A stretch of 39,497 nucleotides of DNA from Escherichia phage Pisces: sequence record MK903277.1; one strand, written 5' to 3'. Both the position numbers and the translations under genes were made by a program. Positions 37,045 through 39,497 of this stretch are shown in pieces. The notes beneath the pieces are model-generated. The model was given only the letters and a program-made list of their open reading frames with translations, was not told where the DNA came from and searched no databases. How positions within the stretch are numbered: the first letter of the stretch is position 1; each line of letters starts with the position of its first letter.

Positions 37045-38804
37045 GTCAAGACTTAGCGGCGCGTCAGGCGCTTATGACTGCCCGTATGAAGGCAGACTTC
37101 GTGTTCTTCCTGTTCGTCCTGTGGAAAGCTCTGTCCCTCCCGGTCCCGACTCGCTGTCAGATTGACATGGCGAAGAAACTATCGGCTGGGGACAACAGGC
37201 GTTTCATCTTACAGGCGTTCCGTGGTATCGGGAAGTCATTCATTACGTGTGCCTTCGTGGTCTGGAAGCTGTGGAACAACCCGGACTTGAAGTTCATGAT
37301 TGTGTCGGCCTCAAAGGAACGAGCTGACGCGAACTCCATCTTCATCAAGCGTATCATCGACCTGATGCCTCAGCTCCAAGAGTTGAAGCCTAAGCAGGGG
37401 CAGCGAGACGCAGTAATCAGCTTCGACGTAGGGCCAGCCAAGCCTGACCACTCACCTTCGGTTAAGTCCGTTGGTATCACTGGTCAGTTAACTGGTAGCC
37501 GTGCGGACATCCTGATTGCCGATGACGTAGAGGTCCCCGGTAACTCAGCGACTCAAGCTGCAAGGGACCGACTGTCTGAGCTGGTGAAAGAGTTTGACGC
37601 AATCCTGAAGCCGGGTGGTACGGTTATCTATCTGGGTACTCCTCAGACCGAGATGACCCTATATCGTCAGCTTGAGGGCCGTGGCTACTCGACTACAATC
37701 TGGCCAGCTCGTTACCCGCGTGATGAGAAGGACTGGAAGTCTTACGGCGACCGTCTGGCCCCGATGCTTCAGGCAGAGCTGGAGTCGGACCCTGAGGGCT
37801 ACTACTGGCTCCCAACGGATGAGGTCCGCTTCGACGATGAGGACTTGAAGGAACGTGAGCTGTCCTATGGCAAGGCTGGCTTCGCTCTCCAATTCATGCT
37901 TAACCCGAACCTTGGCGATGCCGAGAAGTACCCGCTGAAGCTGCGTGACCTTATCGTAGCGGACTTGGACCCTGAGTCTAGCCCTATGGTCTACCAGTGG
38001 CTCCCGAACCTCCAGAACAAGCGTGATGACGTTCCTAACGTGGGACTCATGGGCGACAGCTATCACACGTATCAGACTGTAGGTTCTGCGTTCAGTTCGT
38101 ACACCCAGAAGATTCTGGTCATTGACCCTAGTGGTCGTGGTAAGGATGAGACGGGCTATGCGGTCCTGTATCAGCTCAACGGCTACATCTTCGTGATGGA
38201 AGCTGGTGGTATGCGTGGTGGCTATGAGGACTCAACGCTGGAGGCTCTGGCGAAGATTGGTCGCAAGTGGAAGGTGAACGAGTACGTCATTGAGGGTAAC
38301 TTCGGTGATGGTATGTACCTCGAACTCTTCAAGCCTGTAGCGGCCCGTATTCACCCGGCAGCAGTGACTGAGGTCAAGAGCAAGGGCCAGAAGGAACTCC
38401 GCATCTGCGACGTTCTGGAGCCTATCATGGGGTCTCACCGACTCATCGTGAACTCCTCGACCATTGTGTCTGACTACCAGACTGCTGCTGACAAGGATGG
38501 CGTCCGTAACCCTATCTACTCTCTGTTCTACCAGATGACCCGTATCAGCCGTGAACGTGGAGCCTTGGCACACGATGACCGACTGGATGCTCTGGCTATC
38601 GGTGTACAGTTCTTCGTAGAGTCTATGGCTAAGGATGCCGTGAAGGGCCAGCGTGAAGTTACCGAGGAGTGGCTGGAGGAACAGATGGAAGACCCGAAGA
38701 AGGGCTTTAAGTCCATCGAGACGGACTACTGGGCCAATGGGGTACGGGTACAGTTCAATACAGATGATGACTTGGGCTTAGGGTCCTACGTTCAGTTCCA
38801 CTGA
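37041..38804 (+). CDS. Terminase large subunit (gene 19)
   Basis: 587 aa; apparent TTG start with SD AGGAGGTGA; extensive identity to T7 gp19 ([79 protein letters not shown]). Confidence 0.95.
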   Translation: MSQDLAARQALMTARMKADFVFFLFVLWKALSLPVPTRCQIDMAKKLSAGDNRRFILQAFRGIGKSFITCAFVVWKLWNNPDLKFMIVSASKERADANSIFIKRIIDLMPQLQELKPKQGQRDAVISFDVGPAKPDHSPSVKSVGITGQLTGSRADILIADDVEVPGNSATQAARDRLSELVKEFDAILKPGGTVIYLGTPQTEMTLYRQLEGRGYSTTIWPARYPRDEKDWKSYGDRLAPMLQAELESDPEGYYWLPTDEVRFDDEDLKERELSYGKAGFALQFMLNPNLGDAEKYPLKLRDLIVADLDPESSPMVYQWLPNLQNKRDDVPNVGLMGDSYHTYQTVGSAFSSYTQKILVIDPSGRGKDETGYAVLYQLNGYIFVMEAGGMRGGYEDSTLEALAKIGRKWKVNEYVIEGNFGDGMYLELFKPVAARIHPAAVTEVKSKGQKELRICDVLEPIMGSHRLIVNSSTIVSDYQTAADKDGVRNPIYSLFYQMTRISRERGALAHDDRLDALAIGVQFFVESMAKDAVKGQREVTEEWLEEQMEDPKKGFKSIETDYWANGVRVQFNTDDDLGLGSYVQFH

Positions 38805-38900
38805 CCTAATGAATAACTATGGGTGAATACTGCATGAATAAGCGGTTAGTAACCCATAGTTACTAGTGGTCTAACTCTATGATTCTAAAGGCTTTTGGAC

Positions 38901-38919
38901 TTAACTATCACTATAGGGA
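38901..38919 (+). promoter_or_regulatory. Phage RNAP promoter near the right end (phiOR-like)
   Basis: TTAACTATCACTATAGGGA. Confidence 0.8.
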
Positions 38920-39097
38920 AGACCCCCGGTTACTTATAGTAAAGACTCAATGAATAAGCATATGCACACTTTATGCAAGACCTTAGGAGGCAGACTCCTG
39001 AGTTCTTACCTAAGGTTCGCACCGATAGAGGAGGGTGATAATAATCATAATCCCTCCATAACTTAAAGTAGACCATCGCTGACAGGAGGTATGTAGC

Positions 39098-39256
39098 ATG
39101 GGTAAGACCAAAGCTGTTCTCAAAGCTCTGGCGACCAATAGAGCTACGTACAGGTTTCTTGCTGCTGTTCTACTTGCTGCTGGCGTTACTGCTGGAAGTC
39201 AGTGGGTCGGGTGGGTCGAGACTCTCGTATGTACTCTGGTGTCTGAGTGTCATTAA
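39098..39256 (+). CDS. Gene 19.5-like small membrane protein (52 aa)
   Basis: Not in the ORF track; SD AGGAGG 7 nt upstream; two hydrophobic stretches (FLAAVLLAAGVTAG, WVGWVETLVCTLV). Confidence 0.4.
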   Translation: MGKTKAVLKALATNRATYRFLAAVLLAAGVTAGSQWVGWVETLVCTLVSECH

Positions 39257-39299
39257 CGCCATAATGGTAACAATCAACGAGCGTAAGACCTAAGGTCAG

Positions 39300-39497
39300 T
39301 ACGTGGGATAAACCCTCCACTCTACTGACCTTAGCTACTGTAGTCAAGGACTTTAGGTAACACCTTAATAGAAGCTCACTTAGGGTCTATCCACTTATGG
39401 TCTCACCCTAGTGTCGCCTGACCTACGGTCCTTGACCTACAGTGGCTGAGGCCTACAGTAGAGACGATGAGTTTTGGACCAAAAGTTCGAGAGTCCA
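39300..39497 (+). repeat. Right-end region with CCTACRGT-type short repeats
   Basis: GACCTACGGTCC (also at 289-300), CCTACAGT x3; resembles the left-end repeat family, but no copy of the left-end TCTCACAG block. Confidence 0.4.

Overview
The window reads as a complete or near-complete T7-like podovirus genome (Autographiviridae-type, about 39.5 kb), with every supported gene on the + strand in the canonical T7 order. It starts with the T7-type left-end sequence TCTCACAG and runs through host-type early promoters, an early region (SAM hydrolase, kinase, RNA polymerase, ligase), DNA metabolism genes (SSB, endonuclease I, amidase, primase-helicase, DNA polymerase, exonuclease), then structural, lysis and packaging genes. 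All homology calls are from my recollection of T7/T3 protein sequences and motifs, not from a database search. The most interesting signals are: (1) a 913-aa tail fibre/spike whose C-terminal part carries SGNH/GDSL-hydrolase motifs, suggesting a receptor-modifying esterase; (2) at least eleven phage promoters with consensus CTAAACTATCACTATAGGGA, distinct from T7 and T3, paired with a substitution in the polymerase specificity loop; (3) a probable -1 frameshift extension of the major capsid protein with an Ig-like domain; (4) a remodelled early region with a kinase-only gene 0.7 homologue followed by three translationally coupled small genes, plus several other inserted ORFs of unknown function that are candidate host-takeover or anti-defence genes. 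No tRNA, CRISPR, integrase or transposase signal was seen.
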